This document shows positions 11,175-23,360 of a stretch of 64,000 bases of DNA, piece after piece; the stretch's first letter is position 1, and each line of letters starts with the position of its first letter. Location of the stretch: the NCBI GenBank assembly GCA_002269645.1, contig NIVC01001358.1, positions 5,580 through 69,579 of the forward strand, written 5' to 3'. This stretch comes from Macrostomum lignano (lineage: Eukaryota). Made by a program: the position numbers and the translations under genes. The notes beneath the pieces were generated by a model that was given only the letters and a program-made list of their open reading frames with translations, made no database searches and was not told the origin of the DNA.

Positions 11175-13185
11175 TTTGACATGGTGGCTCCTAAATGTTT
11201 GACATGGTGGCTCTTTTATGTTCGACATGGTGGCTCTTTAATGTTCGACATGGTGGCTCTTTAATGTTAGACATGGTGGCTCTTTAATGTTCGACATGGT
11301 GGCTCTATAATGTTAGACATGGTGGCTCTTTAATGTTAGACACGGTGGCTCTTTAATGTTCGACATGGTGGCTCTTTAATGTTCGACATGGTGGCTGTTT
11401 AATGTTAGACATGATGGCTCTTTAATGTTTGACATTGCGGCTCTTTAATATTTGACATGGTGGCTCTTTTATGTTGGACATGGTGGTTCTTTTATGTTCT
11501 ACATGGTGGCTCTTTTATGCTTGACATGGTGGCTCTTTAATGTTTGACATGATGGCTCTTTTATGTTCGACATGGTGGCTCTTCTATGCTTGACATGGTG
11601 GCTCTTTACTGTTTGACATGGAGTCACATATATGTTTGACATGGTGGCTCTTTTATGTTTGACAAGGTGGCTCTTTAATGTTTTACGAGGTGGCTCTTTA
11701 ATGTTCTTCATGGTAGCTCTTTTATGTTAGACATGATGGCTTTTTAATTTTCGACATGGTAGCACTTTAATGTTAGACATGGTGGCTCTTAAATGTTTGA
11801 CGTGGTGGCTCTTTTATGTTCGACATGGTGGCTCTTTAATGTTCGACATGGTGGCTTTTTAATGTTAGACATGGTGGCTCTTTAATGTTAGACATGGTGG
11901 CTCTTTAATATTCGACATGGTGGCTCTTTAATGTTAGACATGGTGGCTCTTTAATATTCGACATGGTGGCTCTATAATGTTAGACATAGTGGCTCTTTAA
12001 TGTTCGACATGGTGGCTCTATAATGTTAGACATGGTGGCTCTTTAATATTCGACATGGTGGCTCTTTAATGTTTGACATTGAGGCTCTTTAATGTTTGAC
12101 ATGGTGGCTCTTTTATGTTGGACATGGTGGTTCTTTTATGTTCGACATGGTGGCTCTTTTATGTTTGACATGGTGGCTCCTTACTGTTTGACCTGGATTC
12201 ACATATATGTTTGACATGGTGGCTCTTTTATGTTCGACATGGTGGCTCTTTTATGCTTGACATGGTGGCTCTTTACTGATTGACATGGAGTCACATATAT
12301 GTTTGACATGGTGGCTCTTTTATGTTTGACATGGTGGCTCTTTTATGTTTGACATGGTGGCTCTTTTATGTTTGACATGGTGGCTCTTTAATGTTAGACA
12401 TAGTGGCTCTTTAATGTTCGACATGGTGGCTCTTTAATGTTAGACATGGTGGCTCTTTAATATTCGACATGGTGGCTCTTTAATGTTAGACATAGTGGCT
12501 CTTTAATGTTCGACATGGTGGCTCTATAATGTTAGACATGGTGGCTCTTTAATATTCGACATGGTGGCTCTTTAATGTTTGACATTGAGGCTCTTTAATG
12601 TTTGACATGGTGGCTCTTTTATGTTGGACATGGTGGTTCTTTTATGTTCGACATGGTGGCTCTTTTATGTTTGACATGGTGGCTCTTTACTGTTTGACCT
12701 GGATTCACATATATGTTTGACATGGTGGCTCTTTTATGTTTGACATGGTGGCTTTTTTATGTTTTACATGGTGGCTCTTTAATGTTAGACATGGTGGCTC
12801 TTTAATATTCGACATGGTGGCTCTTTAATGTTTGACATTGAGGCTCTTTAATGTTTGACATGGTGGCTCTTTTATGTTGGACATGGTGGTTCTTTTATGT
12901 TCGACATGGTGGCTCTTTTATGTTTGACATGGTGGCTCTTTACTGTTTGACCTGGATTCACATATATGTTTGACATGGTGGCTCTTTTATGTTTGACATG
13001 GTGGCTTTTTTATGTTTTACATGGTGGCTCTTTAATGTTAGACATGGTGGCTCTTTAATGTTCGACATGGTGGCTCTTTAATGTTCGACATGGTGGCTCT
13101 TTAATGGTCGACATGATGGCTCTTTAATGTTCGACATGGTGGCTCTTTAATGTTTGACATGGTGGCTCTTTAATGTTTGACATTG
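11175..13185. repeat. 23-bp satellite (gacatggtggctctttaatgttN)n with 253-bp higher-order blocks
   Basis: Variant gacctggattcacatat at 12190, 12696 and 12949; variant gacattgagg at 12075, 12581 and 12834 (spacings 506 and 253 bp = 22 and 11 monomers). Confidence 0.93.
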
Positions 13186-13242
13186 TGCTTTTTTGTGTTT
13201 AGCATTTGTGTTTTTAAGGTTTTTGAATAAAAAAATCTTTTT

Positions 13243-13308
13243 GCACTACTAAGATTCGAACCCAGGTCGCTGCATTAGCATTCCAGTCTGTTCGCATCTA
13301 TGCTATCT
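13243..13308 (-). pseudogene. Degenerate tRNA-derived sequence (tRNA-His-like; possible SINE head)
   Basis: The minus strand reads gatagcatagatg (A-box-like) ... gcagcgacctgggttcgaatcttagt, with an intact T-arm (ctggg-TTCGAAT-cttag) resembling the tRNA-His 3' half. No acceptor stem can form. Confidence 0.45.
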
Positions 13309-13654
13309 CTTGTCAATTGGAATACGTGAATTGTGGCCCTTATAATTAAATTCTTATAGCAAATCGGTTAGAGTAAAAAGTTATGACATAATCAATTTCT
13401 CAGTCAGCCAATATCAGTGTCAATTTAAGTTGGCAATATTGTTACGCAATTTAAATCAAGTTTTGTGTGCATTTGTTCGGCACTGTTTTCAACTGGTTGT
13501 GATGTAATCTTTATCACAATTGGAATTCAGTCAGTCAGTTTTTTCTCTAGCATTCTTACAATGCATTTCAGGTCGAAAGAGCTGCTTGACCTTTGCAAAA
13601 AAGCATGTTTTTCGAATATTTAATCCCTTTAATATTGAGCAATTTCTTAGCCAA

Positions 13655-13793
13655 GATGCATGTACCGTCCCAGGAAAATTTCTGATCGAATGGTGCAAGT
13701 TTGAAGAAAATCGGTTGAGCCATTTTTTCTGAAATCTATCGCATACCTACCTACCTACCTACCCACAGACAACTCATTTTTAGTATATAGGAT
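13655..13793 (+). mobile_element. Possible 3' end of a non-autonomous Helitron-like (Lep1/HINE-type) element
   Basis: aagtttgaagaaaatcggttgagcc, then a (ccta)n microsatellite, acagac and tagtatatag; this layout resembles Lep1-type Helitron ends recalled from memory, not confirmed by search. Confidence 0.4.
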
Positions 13794-15204
13794 TCATATG
13801 ACAATAAATATAAAGTAAATACACAACTGAACTAATATTAATTAATTTATTCATTAGGAAGGTTATTGGCTTCTTTTTCTTTTTCTATAGCTAGGCCTAT
13901 ACATTTCATAATATTGGCCTACAACAATTATTAGATTGTTAGACAAGAAGCATAAAATATAATAGGGTCTAAAATAGCTAGCCTATTTTAGACCATATAC
14001 ATTTTATAGACTAATAATTTAGTAGGCCTACTCTTAATAGCTATAGGCCTATTACTAAAATAAAATAACATAGCTAGCTACCTATCATAGGCCTAAAATT
14101 GACAAGGCCTTTTGTGTTTCTTTTCATGGTACAAGTATAGAGTGATATTAAAATAAAGAATACAACTAAGAGCTAAAAAATTATACTAAATACCTGGCAA
14201 TAAAGAAGAAAAACAAAGTAGATTAAAGCAGAATGCAGTACAAAATGGCCCACATATTGATAAGAAGGCCAATATAAGGCCAATAACTGGGTGAGCCAAG
14301 GCCACCTAGCTAGCTAGCCATCAAGCTTTTACTTTTTTTTAAGCCAATTAATATCTGCCTGCAACAGGACCATTTCATCCTTATTGTCATTGTCAAGAGG
14401 TCCAAGTAGCTAGTTTATTTTACAATCATTAACCTCCTAATTAAATTTCATTCAGTCATGTCATACATGGCTTTTTGTGCAAGCTAGGGCGACACATTTC
14501 CAAAGTTTTCGACTCTAGACACAAACTGCTTTATTAGTCTAGGTCTTGAATTCATACATACTAACACAATGCCCTATAGGCTATACTAATTAAATATGTC
14601 GAGCCATTATAATATTGGTTGTGCGTAGGCTTTTGAATTGCGCGCCATAACTGCCCAATACAAGTATATACAGTCCGCTTTTAATCAGAAGGAAAGCATG
14701 TTATGCTGGCAGTCGACATGCCATCTACCCTATCTAATCGTAGAAAACGTTTACCTTTTCTACCGATTAAATCCATGCTGGTCGGGTGCATTGTTGCTGC
14801 TGCTGCTGCAAGCGTGTTAAAATGTTAGTTCAATAAAACAAAACCTATAATATCGTTAATATAAAGAGCTAAAAAGCGAAGCTAACAAGCATTTGTGTAA
14901 GTTTGACAACAAGTTTAGTTTATTTAAATGTTTCACTTTTAAAAGCTAGTCATGGGATTTAGCGTTTTTGGGAGTTTTTAAATGTTACCTTTTTCACAGC
15001 CGCGCGCGCGGGCCCGCCAGTTGAGCCCCTGGAGCCCGTAGATTTTATTTTATTAGCTTTTCTGCTTTAAACTAAATTTGATTGTCTTACGGCCAGCAGT
15101 TACAAAATAAGCACTACACTAGGTTTAGACTTAGGCCTACACCCGGTAAATTCGATCGTTAATAATTTTCAGTGACAAATTAAATTATGCATGCTTTTAT
15201 AATT

Positions 15205-15611
15205 GGCAATCTTCTACTTTAAATTATTTTCCCGTGAAAAATAGTGTAAAATACGAAGTCATTAGTCATTAGAGTGTCAATAATAGTGCCTAACCCAATA
15301 CAGGAAGTTCCCAAACACTTTTGGCGGCGGGAAGAGGCGGCGCCACAGGTACTCATTGAGGACGTTGAGGTGGGTGTCAAACACGACAAACAGGGCGTCC
15401 CTAGTGCCGTGCATCGCCCTGAATTTAGCCTTGACGCCTGCCCATGACCCCTCAATGGTGTTAATAAGGACGGCCGGGTCATGGGGGTCCACGAAATGGA
15501 ATCGGTGATTGACAGCCACATGATTCTGCAAGCCGCCATAGGCCTGCCTGATAGGCTGAAAAGTTTGTGTAAATGTGAAAATAATTTAACGCAGTAAATT
15601 AGAAGATTGCC
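15205..15611 (-). mobile_element. Internally deleted Merlin (IS1016/IS1595-like DDE) transposon remnant
   Basis: The minus strand encodes AYGGLQNHVAVNHRFHFVDP..INTIEGSWAGVKAKFR..LNEYLWRR, the ISXO2/Merlin C-terminal signature. A 12-bp inverted repeat ggcaatcttcta lies at 15205-15216 and 15600-15611. No matching TSD. Confidence 0.72.
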
Positions 15612-15712
15612 GCCTTATTACCCTAAGGCCTAAGACAAAACAAAATGTTTAAAACTGATAATATAAGGCAATACATTTTGTTTTTTGTCTTAGGCCTTAG
15701 GGTAATAAAGGC
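15612..15712. repeat. Hairpin of about 100 bp (tiny MITE-like palindrome)
   Basis: gccttattaccctaaggcctaagacaaaacaaaatgt ... acattttgttttttgtcttaggccttagggtaataaaggc. Confidence 0.75.
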
Positions 15713-16553
15713 TTCCAGTCAATCTGGCAACAAGACAATCCGCCGACAGATTTTGTATTGTAGATTTTATGGATTTTAGATACCAGCACAACTTTACATG
15801 TAGTTTTTAATTTTTCATGTAGAGAATTCACTTTAAGATGGTATCTTTTATAATAAAAATTGTACATGATATTTATAGCTTGCACTTCGGATATAATTTA
15901 AAGTGTATTGTCAAACATTTTAATGTAATAGTATATCTGAGGAGAGGATGAAACTAGTGTATGGCCCTTTAGTGAAATTAAGGAATGCATGATAGAAGAC
16001 ATTCAATTAAAAATAAATAGCAATAATATAAATAGTAATAATAATAGGGTCTAATAATAATATTAATAGTAATAGTAATAACAATCATAACAAATATAAA
16101 AAATAATAAAAGCTTTCTAATCTATTTAAATGCCAAATAGTCTATTTAATAGCCTTTTACTACACCTTATTACCAGATTGACTATTACCATTTTGATTAT
16201 TGCCACATTGTCTATTACCAGATTGTATTGCCAGATTGACTGGAAGTGAAAACTAATAAAAATAGGGAGAAAAAGAAATTGTATAAACTCTAATTTAATA
16301 TTTCTAAATCTTAACACTTACTTAAACTTGTAACTACTTTGGGCCTATGCTACCCTATTTGCTAGCAAAGTACACAATAAATTTATTTAGTAGTATTAGA
16401 AGGTTTGAAATTGTAGTAAGAAGTATGCAATTGTTAACTTTTTCTAGACTTGGCCTTATAGGTCTATAATTAAAGTATTAAACTATATTTTTTCCTTTTT
16501 TATTTCACATTTTTATAGGCCTAGGGTCTAGAAAATTGTATAGTCCATTTTAT

Positions 16554-17223
16554 NNNNNNNNNNNNNNNNNNNNNNNNNNNNNNNNNNNNNNNNNNNNNNN
16601 NNNNNNNNNNNNNNNNNNNNNNNNNNNNNNNNNNNNNNNNNNNNNNNNNNNNNNNNNNNNNNNNNNNNNNNNNNNNNNNNNNNNNNNNNNNNNNNNNNNN
16701 NNNNNNNNNNNNNNNNNNNNNNNNNNNNNNNNNNNNNNNNNNNNNNNNNNNNNNNNNNNNNNNNNNNNNNNNNNNNNNNNNNNNNNNNNNNNNNNNNNNN
16801 NNNNNNNNNNNNNNNNNNNNNNNNNNNNNNNNNNNNNNNNNNNNNNNNNNNNNNNNNNNNNNNNNNNNNNNNNNNNNNNNNNNNNNNNNNNNNNNNNNNN
16901 NNNNNNNNNNNNNNNNNNNNNNNNNNNNNNNNNNNNNNNNNNNNNNNNNNNNNNNNNNNNNNNNNNNNNNNNNNNNNNNNNNNNNNNNNNNNNNNNNNNN
17001 NNNNNNNNNNNNNNNNNNNNNNNNNNNNNNNNNNNNNNNNNNNNNNNNNNNNNNNNNNNNNNNNNNNNNNNNNNNNNNNNNNNNNNNNNNNNNNNNNNNN
17101 NNNNNNNNNNNNNNNNNNNNNNNNNNNNNNNNNNNNNNNNNNNNNNNNNNNNNNNNNNNNNNNNNNNNNNNNNNNNNNNNNNNNNNNNNNNNNNNNNNNN
17201 NNNNNNNNNNNNNNNNNNNNNNN
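16554..17223. other. Assembly gap (670 N)
   Basis: Run of n. Confidence 1.
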
Positions 17224-17239
17224 CTGGTCACGTGACCAA

Positions 17240-17796
17240 CTAGACTGAAGCTGGCGCTAGCGGCTGCCTCTGATTGGTCAGCAGAGCGCGGGGCAGCGGG
17301 CTGAGGCTCCGGGACTTCTGCGGCCGGACGAGCTGAGAAGGCGCTGGGCGCGGCGCTGGTGGTCCGCATGGCAGAGTTGAACCGGTCCTTGTCCAGCTTG
17401 GTGGACACTCCGCGCGTTGTTGAAATTCCAGCCAGGCTGGTGGTGGTGGCAGCGGAGGTGGCGGCACCCGATGGCCACTAGCAGCTGGTGGCGCAGTGCG
17501 CAATGCAGTTGAAGTCCCCAGGCTCAGCTGCAGGTTGAGCGACGTTGATGCTCCGCTGGGACGATTGGCAGCAAGGCTGGAGCCTCCACCAGTCAGCACA
17601 GATGGGCGCGTTGTGGACAGAGCTGTTGATGATAGCAGGCTGGTTCCAAAGCCACTAGTGGAGCCAATGGTTGGAGCTGTAGCCGATGCTGGCTTGAGCC
17701 CAAAACTAGTGTTCAGCTTTGGTGGCATGGCAAGCTTAGAGCTGAGAACTGAAGATGTCAGAGACAATTTGGTCTTGTCTGACATTGCCATATTGG
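17240..17796 (-). CDS. Probable exon of an unidentified Ser/Thr/Pro-rich protein
   Basis: GC-rich open frame of 183 aa in AT-rich DNA, preceded by a good acceptor ttttaacttgctcactttcag (17797-17799). No family recognised. Confidence 0.4.
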
Positions 17797-19671
17797 CTGA
17801 AAGTGAGCAAGTTAAAAGAAAGTTTACAATTATTAATTAAACTTAAAGCTTTCAGAAAAACAGGCAAAAAAGTAGAGAAGGAGGCGAAATTAGATAAAAG
17901 TGTGTCTACTTTCTGGAAGAAAGTAAGCAAATAATCATTCGTATTGTGTTCGATTTCTAAAAACTGTGCTTGACAAAGAACTATGCCTTGCTGAGACAAA
18001 AATAGAAGGTAAACTATGCAAATATAGCAGCATGTGATATGCATGTTATGAAAAGAGTGCTAAGCCTATTTTCTATGATAAAAATGATGCATTTATATCC
18101 ACGCCAGCATTAGACGTAGGAGCGAAGAAAAAGGTAAATGTAAGTTAAAAAAAAGGTAAATAAAAATGAATAGATTAAACTCAAAACACATTTAATAATT
18201 GCTTACCTAGTATGTTTTATAAAAAAATTATAGACTTCAAAAATGCGAATTAAAACACTATAAAGCAAAGAAACAGTATATAAGCTTCACTAGGCCTAAC
18301 TTAATTCTACACAAAAATAAATTGAAACTTCCGACATTTGATAAAATATATAAAATATATATATTTCTCACTAGAAAACTAAATCTTGTAACGTTGCGCA
18401 ATATTACTTTTTTTAAATCTGCTTTTACACATACCTATAGTGCAAAGAACTCTTAGAAACAAATATTTTATTTTCTACTTTGTGTTAAACCTAATTGACA
18501 AATGCTTTGCGCAAATTTTGTTTAACTTTTTAATTAAATTTAAAAAAGGTATTAAACTGATTTTTTTATTTATTAAAAATTCCGAATGATGATCTGCGCG
18601 GTCGCAGGCCGCGTAGTAGTAGTATAATTAATAAATCTAAATATACTAAATCTCTAAGGTTTGTATGCTTGCTTGAATGTCCATAACGCTCTAGTAATTA
18701 CTAAAAATAGTAAGAAATAAAAAGAAACAAAAGTCCTAAAAATAAAAAACTAGAGGTTATGTCACAATAATGAAGACAAAAGTTTGTAGAATAAGATCCT
18801 TATATTCACTTTCATTTCACGATGCCTATAATTTGAGATGGTCATTAAGGGTATCATATTACAAAAGTAAAGACAAAAATTTTGACAACAAGTTGAGCAA
18901 AACTCTTTCAATTTTCTATCTGGACACTGTCCTAATTAATGTCAGAGATGGTCATCAGAATAAACAGGCAAAGTTGTTAGAGGGTACTGCAGTTGTTGTT
19001 CCTGGAAGAAAGCAGTGAAGATATTGGTTTGAAATTTAATAGTAATTGAACTATGCACTAGCACATGAAACCCCAAGTTGGCACCCCTCATATTCATTTT
19101 ACAGTACATTGTTAACAATTTGTCCACTTAGGGTATTGTAAACAAAAGTGAATATAAGGATTGCACTCTAGTAAGCTACAAGTATGATTTTTTTAATTGG
19201 CTATATCTGTTTCAATTTTTATCCTATATCTATTGCCGTATTGGGTATCATATAACAAAATTGATGCAAGTAATCAATTAGGCTATAGGTATTGTATGAC
19301 ATAAGAATGCCAATATAAGGCTTACTCAGTACCCCCTTTTGGTTCTTAAGGGTCCCTTCACTTTCTTATTTATTTTAAGGTCCATTTCCTATTATCTAGT
19401 TATACCATTGCTTTAGCATAGAGCTATAGGCTACTTGATTTTTTCTGTATAACTTTAGTATTAAATCACCTTTAATAGTTATAACTGATTTATAAATTAT
19501 ACCATGCTTTTTATAGTCTAAAGCATAATAGAGTTGTTACTGTTTGCTAAAAGTTTAATTAAATTATTAGTAGTAATTCCAGTTCTTTTATATATTTAGA
19601 TTAGCTAATATTGCTCATCTTTTTATTGAACTTTCAGGTATGATCAAGCCTAAAAACAGTTACAAGAAGCC

Positions 19672-21035
19672 ATGAAGACAAAAGAGCCATTGGTTGTCAG
19701 TTCATCTGCATCTACAGTGTTGAAAGGACTTCATACAAAAAATCTTATTGGTCAGTTGGATTATGCCTAGTATGTATAATAAATTGAATCTAATTTTTTT
19801 GTAATTTGTGGTCTTTATATTTCCTTATACAGCCCATTGGCATGAGCTGCTGCACATTCGAGTGAAGCTGCAGTCTGTACTTGACATTGTCAATGTGCTC
19901 CCAGTTGGACATGTTGATGCTATCGAGTCTCCAGAGCTGAAGGACCATGCTAGTAATGGTAAGTTTTCATATTATAAAAAACACTTTTCAACATCCGATT
20001 TCTACAGGCCTACTGTTAGTAGCTGAATTAGCCATTCATCACTAATTCAACGCAAGCTCTTTCTGACGCGCGCTCGCTCGCCTGTCTGTATGCGCAACGC
20101 GTTCTCGGCGCTCCGCTGGACTCCACAGCCGCCGAAGAGGCCGCTTGGCCGTCCAGCCTGGAGGCTCAACTGGAGGAGCGGCAGCGAGCCCTGCTGGCCT
20201 GGCACGAGCCGGTGCTGGCCGACTGGCACGAGCGGGCGTCCTTGGCCAGCGTAGGCGGCGGCGGCGGCATCAATAAGCTGGCTCAGCATCCTGTGCAGCG
20301 GCTTCAGGTGAGCGGAATCTGCTATGGCTTAAAAACAGCACCCAATGCTCTTGGTAGAACTCGATAACCACTATAATTAAATAAGACGGTGTACTTTGTT
20401 TCTATGAAATTTTTGATGGCTCACTTCCTTTCCTATGTGTACATATTTTAGAATAGGCTAGCGTATTAGCCGCCAGCTCTGCAAGTTAAGCAGAGTTGGC
20501 CGTGGTTAGTATTGATTGCTATGTATCTCTCTGCTCCCTCCTCACCTGACAGGCCCTTCTGGCTGACCGCGAGCGCCTCATCGCCCGGTCCCGCCTCAAC
20601 CGGTGCCACCTGCGGCCACTGCGGCTGCCAGGCAGCGACCTGCAGCAGCCCGCCAGCGAGCCCATGGACACCAGCGACCCGGATGTTGTCGGCGACCAGC
20701 CCGAAGCCAAGCTGTCCGATCCGCCTGAGTCCGATTCGCGGATCTACGACGACAGCGACCTGTACAAGCTGACTCTGCTGGACTTCGTGCACAGCCGCAC
20801 TGCCGGCCTTACCGACCCGGCCGCTCTCGGCCAGGAGTTCGCCCGCCTGCAGCAGCTCCGCCGCCGGCTGCGCAAGCGGGCGAATGTCGACACTCGGGCG
20901 AGTAAAGCGCGCAGACTGCGCTACCTGGAGATGCCCCGACTGGTCGGCTTCGCCACCGCCTCCGAGCCGCCCGGACAGCTCACTGAAGGCCAGCGGCGCG
21001 AACTGTACGCCTCGCTGTTTGGCGGGCCCAAGTAG
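19672..21035 (+). CDS. AATF: AATF/Bfr2/Che-1 (apoptosis-antagonizing transcription factor; ribosome biogenesis). Exons about 19638/19672-19750, 19833-19958, about 20030-20307, 20553-21035
   Basis: KGLHTKNLIAHWHELLHIRVKLQSVLDIVNVLP (AATF N domain); VLADWHERASLAS; LLADRERLIARSR; IYDDSDLYKLTLLDFV..NVDTRASKARRLRY..RLVGF..RELYASLFG (TRAUB C domain). GT-AG introns. One apparent frameshift near 20030-20043; the 5' end is unresolved. Confidence 0.9.
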
Positions 21036-21062
21036 ACTCGAACTGTTGCTCCCCTTGTTCCC

Positions 21063-21918
21063 TCAGCTCCCCCTGATCCTTCAGCTCCCCCTGATCCTTC
21101 AGCTCCCCAATCCTTCAGCTCCACAATCCTTCAGCTCCCCTGATCCTTCAGCTCCCCCTGATCCTTCAGCTCCCCCTGATCCTTCAGCTCCCCCAGATCC
21201 TTCAACTCCCCCAGATCCTTCAGCTCCCCCAGATCCTTCAGCTCCCCCTGATCCTTCAGCTCCCCCTGATCCTTCAGCTCCCCCTGATCCTTCAGCTCCC
21301 CCTGATCCTTCAGCTCCCCAATCCTTCAGCTCCCCCCATCCTTCAGCTCCCCAATCCTTCAGCTCCCCAATCCTTCAGCTCCCCCCCAATCCTTCAGCTC
21401 CCCAATCCTTCGGCTCCCCCCCAATCCTTCAGCTCCCCAATCCTTCAGCTCCCCAATCCTTCAGCTCCCCAATCCTTCAGCTCCCCAATCCTTCAGCTCC
21501 CCAGCCTTCCATCTCCTGATCCTTCAGCTCCCCCAACCTTCCATCTCCTGATCCTTCAGCTCCCCCAACCTTCCATCTCCTGATCCTTCAGCTCCCCCAA
21601 CCTTCCATCTCCTGATCCTTCAGCTCCCCCAACCTTCCATCTCCTGATCCTTCAGCTCCCCCAACCTTCCATCTCCTGATCCTTCAGCTCCCCCAACCTT
21701 CCATCTCCTGATCCTTCAGCTCCCCCAACCTTCCATCTCCTGATCCTTCAGCTCCCCCAACCTTCCATCTCCTGATCCTTCAGCTCCCCCAACCTTCCAT
21801 CTCCTGATCCTTCAGCTCCCCCAACCTTCCATCTCCTGATCCTTCAGCTCCCCCAACCTTCCATCTCCTGATCCTTCAGCTCCCCCAACCTTCCATCTCC
21901 TGATCCTTCAGCTCCCCT
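21063..21918. repeat. Two-part minisatellite: 18-bp (cccctgatccttcagctc)n, then 32-bp (ccccaaccttccatctcctgatccttcagctc)n
   Basis: Direct reading; starts about 28 nt after the AATF stop codon. Confidence 0.93.
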
Positions 21919-22179
21919 GGTCCTCGCCAGTGTAAACTTGCTTCAGTGTAAAATTTTGCATGCAAAAAATAAACGAAGCGTTTTGCTTTGCTTTTTAACT
22001 GAGCATTTCTAGAAGCATTCGGCCCGCCGCTGTCTTAAAACTCGCAAAAAATTCCTTTTTTTCAGTTTACTTGAAGGTCCTTTCGAAAATGCCGCGATCA
22101 GATTTGAATATCGTTTAGATTTTTATTTAGATTAGGCACAGCTCAACCAAAGGTGCTGGGGTCATTAATACGAGCTGGG

Positions 22180-22995
22180 AAGAGAGCGGAAGTAGAGGGA
22201 CGTGAAATGGAAGTAGATGGAAGTGAAATGGAAGTAGATGGACGTGAAATGGAAGTAGATGGACGTAAAGCGGAAGTAGATGGAAGTGAAGCGAAGTAGA
22301 TGGAAGTGAAATGGAAGTAGAGGGACGTGAAATGGAAGTAGATGGACGTAAAGCGGAAGTAGATGGAAGTGAAGTGGAAGTAGAGGGACGTGAAATGGAA
22401 GTGAAGCGAAGTAGATGGAAGTGAAATGGAAGTAGAGGGACGTGAAATGGAAGTAGATGGACGTAAAGCGGAAGTAGATGGAAGTGAAGCGAAGTAGATG
22501 GAAGTGAAATGGAAGTAGAGGGACGTGAAATGGAAGTAGATGGACGTAAAGCGGAAGTAGATGGAAGTGAAGCGAAGTAGATGGAAGTGAAATGGAAGTA
22601 GAGGGACGTGAAATGGAAGTAGATGGACGTAAAGCGGAAGTAGATGGAAGTGAAGTGGAAGTAGAGGGACGTGAAATGGAAGTGAAGCGAAGTAGATGGA
22701 AGTGAAATGGAAGTAGAGGGACGTGAAATGGAAGTAGATGGACGTAAAGCGGAAGTAGATGGAAGTGAAGTGGAAGAAGAAGGACGTGAAATGGAAGTAG
22801 ATGGAAGTGAAGTGGAAGAAAAGGACGTGAAAGGGAAGTAGATGGAAGTGAAGTGGAAGAAAAGGACGTGAAATGGAAGTAGAGGGACGTGAAATGGAAG
22901 TAGATGGAAGTGAAATGGAAGTAGATGGAAGTGAAATGGAAGTAGATGGAATTGAAATGGAAGTAGATGGAAGTGAAATGGAAGTAGATGGAAGT
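22180..22995. repeat. Purine-rich minisatellite of about 20 bp (gaagtagatggaagtgaaat-type), interrupted by the LTR element and resuming at 26741-26830
   Basis: The same units flank both ends of the retroelement. Confidence 0.92.
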
Positions 22996-23274
22996 TGTAA
23001 AGACTTCACTTTAGATTGTAGAACGATATAAGCTTGATACGAGGCAAGCCACTGCGATTTTTATTGTAAGTATTGAGCACGATACGTTTAGTGGATAAGG
23101 CTTAGGGGTGGAGAACAAAAGTAGCCAGATTGAAGAACGTACATGAGTAAGAGAGTACATCAAGATATTGTAGAAAGGCGCACAGAGCGAAACAGGTAAA
23201 AACACCACCCCCAAACACTGAATAAAGTACAAGCTAACATCACTAACAAAAATCAACCCAGCCAAGTCACCACA
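22996..23274 (-). repeat. 3' LTR (279 bp)
   Basis: Preceded on the minus strand by the polypurine tract ggggaggag (23275-23283). Confidence 0.96.
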
Positions 23275-23360
23275 CTCCTCCCCACGAAGATTAAGCGTTG
23301 GATTAAAACGGGAATAAAAGACGCAAATCAGTTCACAGTCCATAGAAGAACAGTTCAGAG

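Noticed and set aside
15000-15032. hAT-like terminus gcgggcccgccagttgagcccctg
   Set aside because: No partner end or TSD found.
16521-17408. ORFs spanning 16.5-17.4 kb
   Set aside because: Artefacts of translating through the N gap.
18586-18660. C/D-box snoRNA candidate (aatgatga)
   Set aside because: No CTGA D box at a suitable distance and no terminal stem.
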